A DNA stretch of 64,000 nucleotides from an uncultured candidate division Zixibacteria bacterium (GTDB lineage Bacteria; Zixibacteria; MSB-5A5; GN15; FEB-12). The position numbers and the translations under genes are program-made. The notes beneath the pieces were generated by a model, which was not told the DNA's origin, did no database searches, and saw only the letters and a list, made by a program, of their open reading frames with translations. This document shows positions 52,251 through 62,540 of this stretch, one piece after another. Positions within the stretch are counted from its first letter, which is position 1, and the number at the start of each line of letters is the position of its first letter. The DNA is taken from contig CAVTJJ010000004.1 in NCBI GenBank assembly GCA_963735035.1, forward strand, positions 1,440,001 through 1,504,000. The letters are read 5' to 3'.

Positions 52251-52625
52251 GTGCCTGAACTCAAAATACTGGCCGTCGACGACAGCCCCACCATGCGACG
52301 GATCATCATCAACACGCTCAAACGAGCGGGATTCAATGACGTGATTGAGGCCAGTGACGGCAAGGACGCTCTGGCCAAAATGAAGGTCGAGAAGCCCAAC
52401 TTCGTCATCACCGATTGGAACATGCCGGAAATGGATGGCCTGACCTTTATCACCACTCTACGCGGCATGGACGAGTACAAAGAATTGCCGGTACTGATGG
52501 TGACCACCAGATCGGTGAAGGAAGACATCGTGGAGGCGATGAAGGCCGGGGTAAACAATTACATTGTCAAGCCGTTTACGCCCGACACCCTCAAAGCGAA
52601 AATCGACCAGATGCTCGGCAAGTAG
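52251..52625 (+). CDS. cheY: Chemotaxis response regulator CheY
   Basis: DDSPTMRRII, TDWNMP and GVNNYIVKPFT. Confidence 0.92.
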   Translation: MPELKILAVDDSPTMRRIIINTLKRAGFNDVIEASDGKDALAKMKVEKPNFVITDWNMPEMDGLTFITTLRGMDEYKELPVLMVTTRSVKEDIVEAMKAGVNNYIVKPFTPDTLKAKIDQMLGK

Positions 52626-52646
52626 GCCGGGATAGGAGAACCGACA

Positions 52647-53237
52647 ATGGCAACGTCACAAAGCCTACAGACACGCATTCATAAAGAAATATCCGAGCTG
52701 ACGGAATCCATCACCGGCATGGTCAGCAGCTTCAAGAAACTGCAGCGCCCCTTGATCGAATCGAGGGAAAAAGTGCCGCAGGCCACCACTCAGTTGGACA
52801 AGATCTCCCAGCAGACCGAAGCCGCAACTTCGCAGATGCTGGACGTGGTCGAGCAGATCACCCAGCGGGAAGAAGAAGTCGTTCGCGGGATCGAGATCAT
52901 CAGGGAGAAGGTCAAGAGCGGCGACACCAAAGACATCGATACGCTGGCGCAGGGATTGGTCGTGAAAGCGACCGCTAACCTCAACAACGCCTTCCAGATC
53001 ATGGAATCGCTGCAATTCCAGGACATCACCGCTCAACAGATGGACCACGCGGCATCGTTACTCGAGGAAATCGAAACGAAGCTGCACAGTATTCTGGAGA
53101 ACATCGGAGGTTCGAATACGGCTGCCGATATGCAACTGGGACCGCGCAAGACCAGAGCCTACGACCCGCATGCGGACTTTGTCGATCGCCGGACGGATCA
53201 GAAGGATATCGACTCACTGTTTGAAAAGAAGAGCTAA
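52647..53237 (+). CDS. cheZ: CheZ-family phosphatase
   Basis: TEAAT, LQFQDITAQQ (DxxxQ) and C-terminal QKDIDSLF. Confidence 0.82.
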   Translation: MATSQSLQTRIHKEISELTESITGMVSSFKKLQRPLIESREKVPQATTQLDKISQQTEAATSQMLDVVEQITQREEEVVRGIEIIREKVKSGDTKDIDTLAQGLVVKATANLNNAFQIMESLQFQDITAQQMDHAASLLEEIETKLHSILENIGGSNTAADMQLGPRKTRAYDPHADFVDRRTDQKDIDSLFEKKS

Positions 53238-53259
53238 TAACCCCCCTGAGAATCTAAAC

Positions 53260-55026
53260 ATGACCGAAGATAACAACGTGGCCCTGGATGAGATGAAGGA
53301 AATCATCGATGATTTCCTCATCGAAGCTGACGAGTTGATCGCCTCGCTGGACACCAACCTGGTGGCGCTGGAGTCCAAAGCCGACGATCTGGATTTGCTC
53401 AATTGCATATTCAGGGCAGCACATACGATCAAAGGCACCTCGAGTTTCCTAGGCTTCGAACAGGTCACCAGCCTCACTCACAAGATGGAAGACATCCTCA
53501 ATCGCCTGCGTAAGGCCGAACTCAAGGTTACGCCGGAGATTATGGATGTCCTGCTGGAATCACTTGACGTACTGAAAGTACTGTTGGAACACGTCCGCAG
53601 CCAGTCCGGCGAGCAGGTCGATCTGGAACCCATTTTGGCCAGACTGATTGAAGCAAACGGAGGCGCGTCTGACGCCGCACCGTTGGCGACTGCTGCGACT
53701 TCGGCAGCACTGCCGGAGGCAAGTGAAGGCGATTCTGCGGAGGCCGTCGATTCATCCAGTCGGGGGGCTGGAGAGACCGGCGCGGACGCTAAGACTGAGA
53801 CGAAAAAGACGACGGCGCCGGGAAAGAGCGTTGACAGTCAGACCATCCGAGTGGATGTAAACCGTCTTGACTCGCTCATGAACTTGTCGGGCGAACTGGT
53901 GTTGTCACGCAACGGCCTGATTCAGACCATCAATACGATGAATAAGTCGGGCGAGGCCAACGCGCTCACCGAGCAGCTTAATAGGGCGGCGGCCGGTCTC
54001 AATTATATTACGACCGAACTGCAACTGGCCGTCATGAAGATGCGCATGCAGCCCATTGGGAAAGTCTTCTCGAAGTTCCCAAGGCTCGTGCGAGATCTGT
54101 CTCGCGAACTCCAGAAGAACATCGAATTGACCCTCGAAGGCGAGACCACCGAACTCGATAAGTCGGTCATTGAAGAAATTGGCGATCCTCTCGTGCACAT
54201 TGTCCGCAATTCCTGTGATCACGGTATCGAGATGCCGGAAGAGCGGGTAGCCAAAGGCAAGCCCGCCATGGGACATGTAGTGATGAGCGCGAGCCAGGAA
54301 GGCCCCAACATTGTCATCAAAGTATCCGACGACGGCAAGGGTCTGGATGTTAACGCCATCCGTGCCAAGGCCGTGGAGCGCGGGATGGTTTCCGAGGCCG
54401 ATGCGGCCCGCCTGACGGATCGTGAAGTCTTCAAGTTTATCTTTGCAGCCGGACTGTCTACCGCCAAGGTGGTATCGGACGTTTCCGGACGCGGCGTAGG
54501 GATGGATGTCGTCCGAACCAACATAGAGAAGTTGAATGGTTTGATCGAACTCGATTCCGCCCTCAACGCCGGAACGACTATCACGATCAAACTGCCGCTC
54601 ACGTTGGCTATCATACAGGGTCTGTTGGTCGAATCCGACGACGAGGTCTACATTCTGCCGCTGTCCAGCGTGCATGAAACCGTTCGAAGCGAGCACACGG
54701 CGATCTACTATATCAATCGGCGACCGGTCATGCGGCTCCGCGACGAGATCATACCTATGATCAATATTGGTAAGGTTCTTCGTGAGAACGTTGCCGGCTT
54801 CACGTTGACCGAGAAACCGTACGTGGTGGTGGTAGGTCTGGCGGATCGCAAGTTGGGAATCCTGATCGATCGGTTCCTGGGTCAGGAAGAAGTGGTGATC
54901 AAGTCGCTCGGCCGGTACCTCGGTGCGACCGATGGCGTAGCGGGCGCCACGATTCTGGGAGACGGCCGAATCAGATTGATCGTCGATCTCATCGGACTCT
55001 TCAATGTGGCAGGCAGATTACACTGA
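53260..55026 (+). CDS. cheA: Chemotaxis histidine kinase CheA (no evident P2 domain)
   Basis: IFRAAHTIKG, TIRVD, RNSCDHGIE, SGRGVGMDVV and a CheW-like P5 domain. Confidence 0.96.
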   Translation: MTEDNNVALDEMKEIIDDFLIEADELIASLDTNLVALESKADDLDLLNCIFRAAHTIKGTSSFLGFEQVTSLTHKMEDILNRLRKAELKVTPEIMDVLLESLDVLKVLLEHVRSQSGEQVDLEPILARLIEANGGASDAAPLATAATSAALPEASEGDSAEAVDSSSRGAGETGADAKTETKKTTAPGKSVDSQTIRVDVNRLDSLMNLSGELVLSRNGLIQTINTMNKSGEANALTEQLNRAAAGLNYITTELQLAVMKMRMQPIGKVFSKFPRLVRDLSRELQKNIELTLEGETTELDKSVIEEIGDPLVHIVRNSCDHGIEMPEERVAKGKPAMGHVVMSASQEGPNIVIKVSDDGKGLDVNAIRAKAVERGMVSEADAARLTDREVFKFIFAAGLSTAKVVSDVSGRGVGMDVVRTNIEKLNGLIELDSALNAGTTITIKLPLTLAIIQGLLVESDDEVYILPLSSVHETVRSEHTAIYYINRRPVMRLRDEIIPMINIGKVLRENVAGFTLTEKPYVVVVGLADRKLGILIDRFLGQEEVVIKSLGRYLGATDGVAGATILGDGRIRLIVDLIGLFNVAGRLH

Positions 55027-55039
55027 CAAGGCGGGCCCG

Positions 55040-56140
55040 GTGACAATCGCAACCAAACAAATTCGAATAGTAGTAGTCGATGATTCCGCCTTCATGCGCA
55101 AGGCGTTATCCATGATGCTCGAGTCCGACCCGATGGTCAAGGTGGTCGGTACGGCCAACAACGGTGAAGATGGTCTCGAAATCATCCGCCGTCTCAAGCC
55201 CGATCTTGTCACCATGGATGTCGAAATGCCGCGCATGGACGGCCTGACCGCCCTGCGACATATCATGGAGTCCGATCCGGTGCCGGTCATGATGGTCTCA
55301 TCAATCACGACCGAGGGCGCTCAGGCGACTCTGGAAGCGCTTGAACTCGGCGCCGTCGATTTTATTCCGAAACAGATGTCGTACGTCAGTCTCGACATTG
55401 TCAAGATCAAGGAAGACCTGCTCGACAAGATCAAGAATATCGTTAGCCGCAAACATATCCTGATGGCGCGGGCGAGGGAGAAGCGCCGGTTCAGCAAGCT
55501 GACCGGATCGGCCACCGCGCAGGCGTCTCTGGCGTCTTCACGCCCTGCGCTTCCCATGCGCCGAAAGCAGCACAAGATCGATCTTGTCGCTATCGGCTCT
55601 TCGACTGGCGGGCCGCCGGCCCTTCACATGCTTATGTCTCACCTCCCCGGTAACCTGCCGGTGGGAATCGTCATAGCCCAGCACATGCCGCCGATGTTCA
55701 CGAAGACACTGGCGGAACGTCTCAACGGCTTGTCGCCGCTGACTGTCAGAGAAGCCGTTGATGGCGAACCGATCGAACCGGGACAAGTCTTGATTTCTCC
55801 CGGAGGCAAACACCTGCTGGTCAGAAAGTACGGCGGGCGGGCCAGAGTATGCGTATCGGCTGAACCGGCCAACACACTATATAAACCGTGCGTTGACGTG
55901 CTCTTTGACTCGGTTGCCGAGGCCTGTGGCGCTACCAGTTTGGCCGTGGTCCTCACGGGTATGGGCAGCAATGGCGTCCACGGCGCCAGGCATATCAAGG
56001 AAAAGGGCGGCGTCGTTATCGCCCAGAACGAAGCGACCTGCGTCGTATATGGTATGCCCAGAGCGGTGGTGGAAGCCCATATTGCCAACGAGGTCCTGCC
56101 AATCGAAAATATCGCCCCCGAGATCTCGAGTTATTTCTAA
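55040..56140 (+). CDS. cheB: Chemotaxis methylesterase CheB (REC + esterase)
   Basis: DVEMP, GSSTGGP, QHMP and LTGMGSNG. Confidence 0.93.
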   Translation: MTIATKQIRIVVVDDSAFMRKALSMMLESDPMVKVVGTANNGEDGLEIIRRLKPDLVTMDVEMPRMDGLTALRHIMESDPVPVMMVSSITTEGAQATLEALELGAVDFIPKQMSYVSLDIVKIKEDLLDKIKNIVSRKHILMARAREKRRFSKLTGSATAQASLASSRPALPMRRKQHKIDLVAIGSSTGGPPALHMLMSHLPGNLPVGIVIAQHMPPMFTKTLAERLNGLSPLTVREAVDGEPIEPGQVLISPGGKHLLVRKYGGRARVCVSAEPANTLYKPCVDVLFDSVAEACGATSLAVVLTGMGSNGVHGARHIKEKGGVVIAQNEATCVVYGMPRAVVEAHIANEVLPIENIAPEISSYF

Positions 56141-56206
56141 TCCAAGTTTTAGTTGAAGTATGCGCTTAAGTCGGCCTCATTCTTCTTTTGGAGATAAAGG
56201 CCGGAA

Positions 56207-57547
56207 ATGGGCGACAAACCAGACATTTTTCCAGTTCCTGAAGTAGAGACCCCGGCCAATTTGGCCGACTTCGCGGATTCGTACGCGTCTTTCAACCGTA
56301 TTGTTAACAGTCTGCAGCGCAAGTACATAGAGCTTCGCGAGGAGTTCTCGTCCCAACAGGAGAAGTTGGTCGAGTCCAACAAGCGATTGGTGGAATTGTC
56401 TGCCCGCAACCTGACCGCCACGGAATTTCTCGACGGCATCCTGAAAGCCATGGCAGCGGGAGTCATCGCGGTCGACCACGAAGGACGGATTACTCATTTT
56501 AATCCAGCCGCCTCGATGATGCTCGGCATTCCGGCCAAAGAGCCGTTTGGCAAATTCTATCGCGACATTATCCCGGTCGGCGACCCGGTCGAAGCCAACG
56601 CCCTGCGTGCGTCCCAGATCGGCAAAGCGGTGGAGTCGGTGGAGAAGATTTGGCGACTCGCCGATGGCAGCCGGCTGATCGTCTCGGTGTCCACCGCTAT
56701 TATGGCCGACGAAACCGGAAACCCGATTGGCGCGGTTGAGGTGTTCCACGATCTCACTCGAATCAAGAAGATGGAGCAGGAGATCACGCGCCTGAACACG
56801 CTGGCCGCGCTGGGCGAGATGGCGGCGGCGGTGGCGCATCAGGTCCGCAATCCGCTCTCCGGCATCTTGGGCTATGGCTCACTGCTAAAGCGTGACATGG
56901 AGGAGGACGATCCCCGCCAGAAGCTGGTACAACGCATCTGCGAAGGGGTCGAAACTCTCAACAAGACCGTTACTACTTTGCTCGACTATACGCGCCGGGA
57001 AGAGATCAGACGCCGTGATGTCGTGTTCCACGAATTTATGGCCGACTCGATCCGGCAATTCCGCCGCGAGCATGATCATCTGGCCAGCGGAATGGACATT
57101 CAGCTTCCACTCCCGCAAGCTGAGGGGACAGGGGATCTGGTGCCGGTTGATCCGGTGCTGTTCCGTCAGGTATTGTTCAATCTCTTCTGCAACTCTTGTG
57201 AAGCCTGCTCCGGGAAAGGTGTAATTCAGATTACTCATCGGAAGCTGGCGCGCCAGGCCGCGCTTTCACAATACGCCGATCGATTGCTGCTCGGCCTTGA
57301 CGAGACTGTTTTCGAAATCACGGTCACGGACAACGGACCCGGCGTGGCGACGGAAGCACTCGAATCGCTTTTTGCGCCGTTCTTCACGACCCGCGAAGGG
57401 GGGAACGGCGTTGGATTGGCCATGGCCTGGAAAGTCATGAAAGGCCACGGCGGTGACATCGCTCTGGACAGGGCGCACCAGGGAGGTGCGCGCTTCGTAA
57501 TACTGATTCCGGTTAGAATCGGCACTGCCGTAGTATCTACCCCTTAG
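56207..57547 (+). CDS. Cytoplasmic PAS histidine kinase (FlgS/FleS-like)
   Basis: PAS region, AHQVRNPL H-box, DNGPG and FFTT. Confidence 0.88.
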   Translation: MGDKPDIFPVPEVETPANLADFADSYASFNRIVNSLQRKYIELREEFSSQQEKLVESNKRLVELSARNLTATEFLDGILKAMAAGVIAVDHEGRITHFNPAASMMLGIPAKEPFGKFYRDIIPVGDPVEANALRASQIGKAVESVEKIWRLADGSRLIVSVSTAIMADETGNPIGAVEVFHDLTRIKKMEQEITRLNTLAALGEMAAAVAHQVRNPLSGILGYGSLLKRDMEEDDPRQKLVQRICEGVETLNKTVTTLLDYTRREEIRRRDVVFHEFMADSIRQFRREHDHLASGMDIQLPLPQAEGTGDLVPVDPVLFRQVLFNLFCNSCEACSGKGVIQITHRKLARQAALSQYADRLLLGLDETVFEITVTDNGPGVATEALESLFAPFFTTREGGNGVGLAMAWKVMKGHGGDIALDRAHQGGARFVILIPVRIGTAVVSTP

Positions 57548-57572
57548 TGGAATCTGACATGGAGAGTTGGTA

Positions 57573-58934
57573 ATGCAGTACTCAGTTTTGATAGTCGACG
57601 ATGACAAATACGTCAATGATGCCGTGACCGAAACCGTGGCCCGTGCCGGATATGAAGCCGTCCCTGCTTTTTCGGGCGAAGAAGCGCTGGTCAAATTGAA
57701 GAGCCGTACTTTTGATGTCGTGCTCACCGATCTTCGTATGCATGAGATGGACGGCATGGCGGTGCTTGAACACACCAAGCGCCTTCATCCGGAAGCGGCG
57801 GTGGTTATCATGACGGCGTACGGTTCGGTCGAGAAAGCGGTCAGCGCCATGAAACTGGGCGCGTATGATTTCCTGCTGAAACCGGTCACGCCGGTGGCCG
57901 TCGAGCATATCCTGAGCCGCATTACCGAGGTCATCCACCTGCGTCGCGACAACGAAATCATGCGGCGCGACCTGACCGTCAAGTTCCAGAACATGGTTGG
58001 CAAGTCCAAGACGATGCGGGAGATTTTCGACCTTATACAGTCGGTCGCCAAAGCCAGGTCCACTGTGCTCATCACTGGCGATTCGGGCGTAGGTAAAGAG
58101 CTGGTGGCCCGTGCCATTCATTATTGTTCAGATCGCTCCGAGGGACCGTTTGTAAAATTGAACTGTGCCGCAATTCCCGAGACTCTGGTTGAGGCGGAAC
58201 TGTTCGGTTTCGAAAAGGGCGCCTTCACCGACGCCAAGCGAACCCATCGCGGACGTTTCGAGTTGGCCGATCATGGAACGTTGCTTCTCGACGAAATTTC
58301 CGAAATGCCGCTGAACCTTCAGTCTAAACTGCTGCGGGTCCTGCAGGAGCGGGAATTCGAGCGGGTCGGTTCGGCGCAGACGCTTTCGGTTGACGTGCGC
58401 GTGATCGCTACTTCGAATCGCAACTTGCGTGAGTTTATCATGCGGGAGAAATTCCGCGAGGATCTGTTCTATCGACTGAATGTCATCCCGATTCATATCC
58501 CACCGCTACGCGAACGAAGCGAGGACGTGCCGTTGCTGGTCGAGCATTTTGTCGAGAAATGTGCGAAAGAGAACAACAAGACTATCAGTGGCGTCGATCA
58601 GCACGCGATGAAACTGCTTGTCAGTTACCCCTGGCCGGGCAATGTGCGTGAGTTGGAGAACATGATCGAACGCGCGGTTGTGACAACTCGTGCCGAAGAA
58701 CTTACGGAGAATGATTTCCCAATCGAGTTGTCGTTGGGCACGATCGAAGCCATTGAAGGCGGGGCGTTGAAGATTCCGATGAGCCTTGAGGAGGGGAACA
58801 AGTTCTTGATTCTTAAGACGCTCGAGAAATTCAACGGCAACAAGACGCGGGCCGCTGAAGCGTTGGGGGTATCGGCGCGGACGATTCGCAACAAACTGGC
58901 CGAGTACCGCATCCGCGAGGACGTGAAATCGTAA
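57573..58934 (+). CDS. Sigma54-dependent response regulator (FlgR/FleR-like)
   Basis: REC, GDSGVGKE, GAFTDA, LLDEI, WPGNVREL and Fis-type HTH. Confidence 0.93.
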   Translation: MQYSVLIVDDDKYVNDAVTETVARAGYEAVPAFSGEEALVKLKSRTFDVVLTDLRMHEMDGMAVLEHTKRLHPEAAVVIMTAYGSVEKAVSAMKLGAYDFLLKPVTPVAVEHILSRITEVIHLRRDNEIMRRDLTVKFQNMVGKSKTMREIFDLIQSVAKARSTVLITGDSGVGKELVARAIHYCSDRSEGPFVKLNCAAIPETLVEAELFGFEKGAFTDAKRTHRGRFELADHGTLLLDEISEMPLNLQSKLLRVLQEREFERVGSAQTLSVDVRVIATSNRNLREFIMREKFREDLFYRLNVIPIHIPPLRERSEDVPLLVEHFVEKCAKENNKTISGVDQHAMKLLVSYPWPGNVRELENMIERAVVTTRAEELTENDFPIELSLGTIEAIEGGALKIPMSLEEGNKFLILKTLEKFNGNKTRAAEALGVSARTIRNKLAEYRIREDVKS

Positions 58935-58959
58935 TTCTCGATTTAAAGTAGATGTCTTG

Positions 58960-59440
58960 CCCGGGTATCCCACAGCTTGCTGTGGGTTCGACCGCCTATG
59001 AAAAGTGCCCGGCAGATGCCCACATCTGCCGGCTCGCATTAATACCGCCCCATGTCCGTCTTGCCCCGCTTCAGGCGGGGCACCCAAGGGTGTGATCGGC
59101 AACTAATTTGATCGGCAGCTAATTTGATCGGCAGGCCTCTGGGCCTGCCGCTTTTGTATGTCTATCGATGTGCATCGGTTTTCCCCTTGCATCACGTAGC
59201 GGCGAAAGTTATCCTGCCTAGCAGGACATAGCATCCCCTGTATCTTGAGGGTTCCGGCACGACACCGCGTTAATTGGTCCTGGTGGCCCACCTGCTTGCA
59301 GGTGGGGTTCAGGTATGACACCGCGCAATGCGCCATTGTGATCGGCAGGCAATTGTAATCGGCAGGGTTCCACCCCTGCCGGACAGAATCGTAGCGCAGA
59401 ACCCCTTGTGCCTGCTCGCTGCGGCGAGGTTCTGCCATTC
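58960..59440. repeat. Mixed REP cluster
   Basis: CCCACAGCTTGCTGTGGG, GTGC REP (59005), GCCCCGCTTCAGGCGGGGC and GATCGGCAGG..CCTGCCG elements. Confidence 0.8.
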
Positions 59441-59452
59441 AGGGTAATAACG

Positions 59453-61951
59453 ATGTCGAAATATGTGCGGCTCGCTCCCATAGAACCGCCTTACAAACCC
59501 GGCAACCGACACCGAAAAGTGTTTTGGACTCTTCTTACGCTAGCGACGGTAGTCATAGCGAACCCTTGTATTTTGGCTATCGACAGAAACGCCATGACGG
59601 CCGCTCACAACCAGGGTAATATTCAGTTGACTGTAGAGCCTGGGACTTGGGGATATCCGGTTTGGCATGGTTCAGGAGGGTTCGGTGAGGAAATCCCGTA
59701 TGTAGATCCAATCACCGGTGACTCGATCTACGGCTCAATCTACCCTCGTGGAAGTAGAAACGTATTTATTGATGGGTTTTTGCACACAGGTGGAGTTTCG
59801 GGTAGTGATACTTTGTTAGGCTGGGGAGGGGCAGACGTTGACTCATTTTCCTATGGTGGCATTTGGCGTGTGCTTTCGAGCGATGTCACCAGCGAGTATT
59901 ACTCAGCACAAGCGAGGTCAAGTCTTGATCTGTTATGTCGGTACGCAGATACCATGGCCGGAAGCAGCGGCGGCGACTATGACATTTGGGATTGGCGGCG
60001 GCCAGCTCCCTTAGGAACTGTCGTGTCTCAACGGTCGATGGCCTGGAGCGGAGCGATGGTGGACGATTTCGTGCTGATTGAATACGAGATTATGAACATG
60101 GGTCATCAACCGCTCAAGGATTTCTATGCCAGCATCTGGTCTGACGATGTTGGGGGTAGCCTTATACCCTATCCTGTTCAGGATAATCTCACCGGATTCC
60201 TGCGTAACTATGGCTCCGAAGAGAATTGTGACTTTCGCGACAATTTGAATGTGGCCTACAGCATGGATAACGATGGCGATCCGGTTGACGGGCGATTCAC
60301 CCGGCAATCGCGGCGTGGCGCCGTGGGCATGATGCTGGTGGGCAGTTCTGCTGAACAGGTGAACGTAGGATATACCTGGTTTTTGTGGGACCCCGCTGTC
60401 GAAGAAGATTGGGGACCGCGACCGAGGCAGATTGGGAATGACTTGTGGCGCAGCTTCAATCCCTTCTTTGCCTGGCCGGGCAGCGACAACAACTTGTATT
60501 ACGTTATGAGCCATCCTGTCATAGCGTATGATCAAATGTTCTCAGCAGTGGAACATTCTGGTTGGATGCCCCCTTGGCATTTTGCAGGACAGATTTCGGC
60601 TGGTTGGTCAGCCATTACCTTGTATTCTTTCGGCCCATTTGAAATTCCTGTTCGAGGGAAGATCAACTTCACGATTGCTGTCGTCGGTGGTGACAACGTC
60701 CACACCAATCCTTATGCAACCTTTGATCCGACCGACCCGCAGTCGTATTACGATCAGCTCGATTTCTCGGAGCTTGCCACCAACGCCCAATGGGCCAAAT
60801 GGGTGTATGATAATCCGGGTGTGGACACCGACAGCGACGGTTACTTCGGCGAGTATCGCATCTGCGAAGGCGAGACGACCTGGTACAAAGGGGACGGCGT
60901 CCCTGATTTCCGTGGCAACACCCCGCCACCGATTCCATTTACCCGGTATGTAACCGAACCGGGGAAGATCGTAGTCCGCTGGAACGGGTATTTCTCCGAG
61001 ACGACCAAGGATATCTTCTCGAATCTGATCGATTTTGAGGGGTACCGGGTTTACTGCGGTCTGGACAACCGCAAGACGAGTTTGTCGCTGCTGACAAGTT
61101 ACGACAAACAAGATTGGCTGCGTTGGAAATACAACGAACTGGGATCGGGCGAGAGCCAATGGGTGAACGACAATCCACCGTTCAGTCTCGATTCACTCCG
61201 CATTCTTCATAACAATCCTGATCTCAACCCGGACGACTATCCCCGCCAGCGGCCGCTAATTGACAGTGACAGCGCGTTCTATTTCGCCGCGGTGGACGAG
61301 AATGTGTACAGCCTGACTACTCCGAATGGCATACACAAAGCCTATCCTGATGCCGTCAACCCCGGCACCGATTCGACCCTCTGGACCGAGGCAGATATCA
61401 CAATGGAACACAATGGCCGCCGGCTGCCCAAATTCTACGAATACGAGTACATCATCGACAACCTGTTGCCGACCGTGCCATATTTTGTCGCGGTGACCGT
61501 ATTTGACTTCGGTTACGCCGGTGGACGCGGTAACATGCCTCCCGATGAAACCAATCCACTGAACAATCTCACTGAATGCTACGCGCAGACTTCGTCGGAA
61601 ATCGTCGAAGAAGAAGACCTCGATGCTTACGTCTATCCGAACCCGTACCGGGTCGATGCCAAGTACGAAGACGGCGGTTACGAGAACCGCAAAGGGAACA
61701 TCATTCCCGACCGGGCTCGACTGATCCACTTCGGCAATCTCCCGCGCGTCTGCAAAATCAAAGTGTATTCTCTCGATGGCGATCATATTGGCACAATCGA
61801 TCACAATTTCCCCGAAGGCGGTCCTGATTCGATGCACGACTGGTGGAACCTGGTGAGCCGCTCCGGTCTGGCGGTGGAATCGGGGTTGTACTATTGGGTG
61901 GTCGAATCCGCCACCCGCACCCAGATTGGGAAGTTGGTGATCTTAAAGTGA
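59453..61951 (+). CDS. Large secreted hypothetical protein with FN3-like and FlgD/T9SS-type C-terminal domains
   Basis: Hydrophobic N-terminal segment; DFEGYRVY and YFVAVTVFD; YVYPNPY...SGLYYW...GKLVILK. Start uncertain. Confidence 0.8.
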   Translation: MSKYVRLAPIEPPYKPGNRHRKVFWTLLTLATVVIANPCILAIDRNAMTAAHNQGNIQLTVEPGTWGYPVWHGSGGFGEEIPYVDPITGDSIYGSIYPRGSRNVFIDGFLHTGGVSGSDTLLGWGGADVDSFSYGGIWRVLSSDVTSEYYSAQARSSLDLLCRYADTMAGSSGGDYDIWDWRRPAPLGTVVSQRSMAWSGAMVDDFVLIEYEIMNMGHQPLKDFYASIWSDDVGGSLIPYPVQDNLTGFLRNYGSEENCDFRDNLNVAYSMDNDGDPVDGRFTRQSRRGAVGMMLVGSSAEQVNVGYTWFLWDPAVEEDWGPRPRQIGNDLWRSFNPFFAWPGSDNNLYYVMSHPVIAYDQMFSAVEHSGWMPPWHFAGQISAGWSAITLYSFGPFEIPVRGKINFTIAVVGGDNVHTNPYATFDPTDPQSYYDQLDFSELATNAQWAKWVYDNPGVDTDSDGYFGEYRICEGETTWYKGDGVPDFRGNTPPPIPFTRYVTEPGKIVVRWNGYFSETTKDIFSNLIDFEGYRVYCGLDNRKTSLSLLTSYDKQDWLRWKYNELGSGESQWVNDNPPFSLDSLRILHNNPDLNPDDYPRQRPLIDSDSAFYFAAVDENVYSLTTPNGIHKAYPDAVNPGTDSTLWTEADITMEHNGRRLPKFYEYEYIIDNLLPTVPYFVAVTVFDFGYAGGRGNMPPDETNPLNNLTECYAQTSSEIVEEEDLDAYVYPNPYRVDAKYEDGGYENRKGNIIPDRARLIHFGNLPRVCKIKVYSLDGDHIGTIDHNFPEGGPDSMHDWWNLVSRSGLAVESGLYYWVVESATRTQIGKLVILK

Positions 61952-62136
61952 CAATCCACGTGGCGGACGAGGACGTCCACCACGCACGAGTAGGTCGGGT
62001 TACGCGCATGGATTTGTTGGGCGCGCAACCCGACATTGTGTCACGTAACGGGCCTGTGTCGGGTTTTCTTCGAGACTCACTTCGCGAGCCTCTCGAAAAC
62101 ACCGACCTACAAAACTTGAAGTAGACCTTCATTTTG

Positions 62137-62426
62137 ATCGGCAAGGTTCCAACCCTGCCGTGCGAGTAACGGCAGGCACAGAGGCCTGCCGATCAAAGTA
62201 AGCACTCTCCGGCAGGCACAGAGGCCTGCCGATCAAAGCAAACACTCTCCGGTAGGCACGGAGGCCTGCCTATCAAAGCAAACACTCTCCGGCAGGCGCA
62301 GAGGCCTGCCGATCAAGGCAAACACTTTCCGGCAGGCACGGAGGCCAGCCGGTCAAAGTGTTCGTCCCAATCGGCAGGGTTCCAACCCTGCCGTGCGCGT
62401 TATGCCACGCACAGCGGCCTGCCGAT
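62137..62426. repeat. Five 40-bp tandem REP units flanked by related hairpins (BIME-like)
   Basis: CGGCAGGCACAGAGGCCTGCCGATCAAAGCAAACACTCTC-like units at 62170, 62210, 62250, 62290 and 62330. Confidence 0.92.
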
Positions 62427-62446
62427 TAAAGTTGAGGGAACTGTGC

Positions 62447-62473
62447 TAAATTTATACAGCCGTCTGCCGATAA
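62447..62473 (+). promoter_or_regulatory. Sigma28 (FliA) promoter of motAB
   Basis: Exact consensus TAAA-N15-GCCGATAA. Confidence 0.85.
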
Positions 62474-62540
62474 AGTCAGAAAGCGGACTCAGTGAAACTG
62501 CGCCCGCCGATAGGAACTTATCGCAACGATTCGGATAGCC

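Noticed and set aside
62170..62359. CRISPR array
   Set aside because: The linkers are nearly identical and only about 15 nt, the repeat is a dispersed REP family, and no cas genes are in the window.
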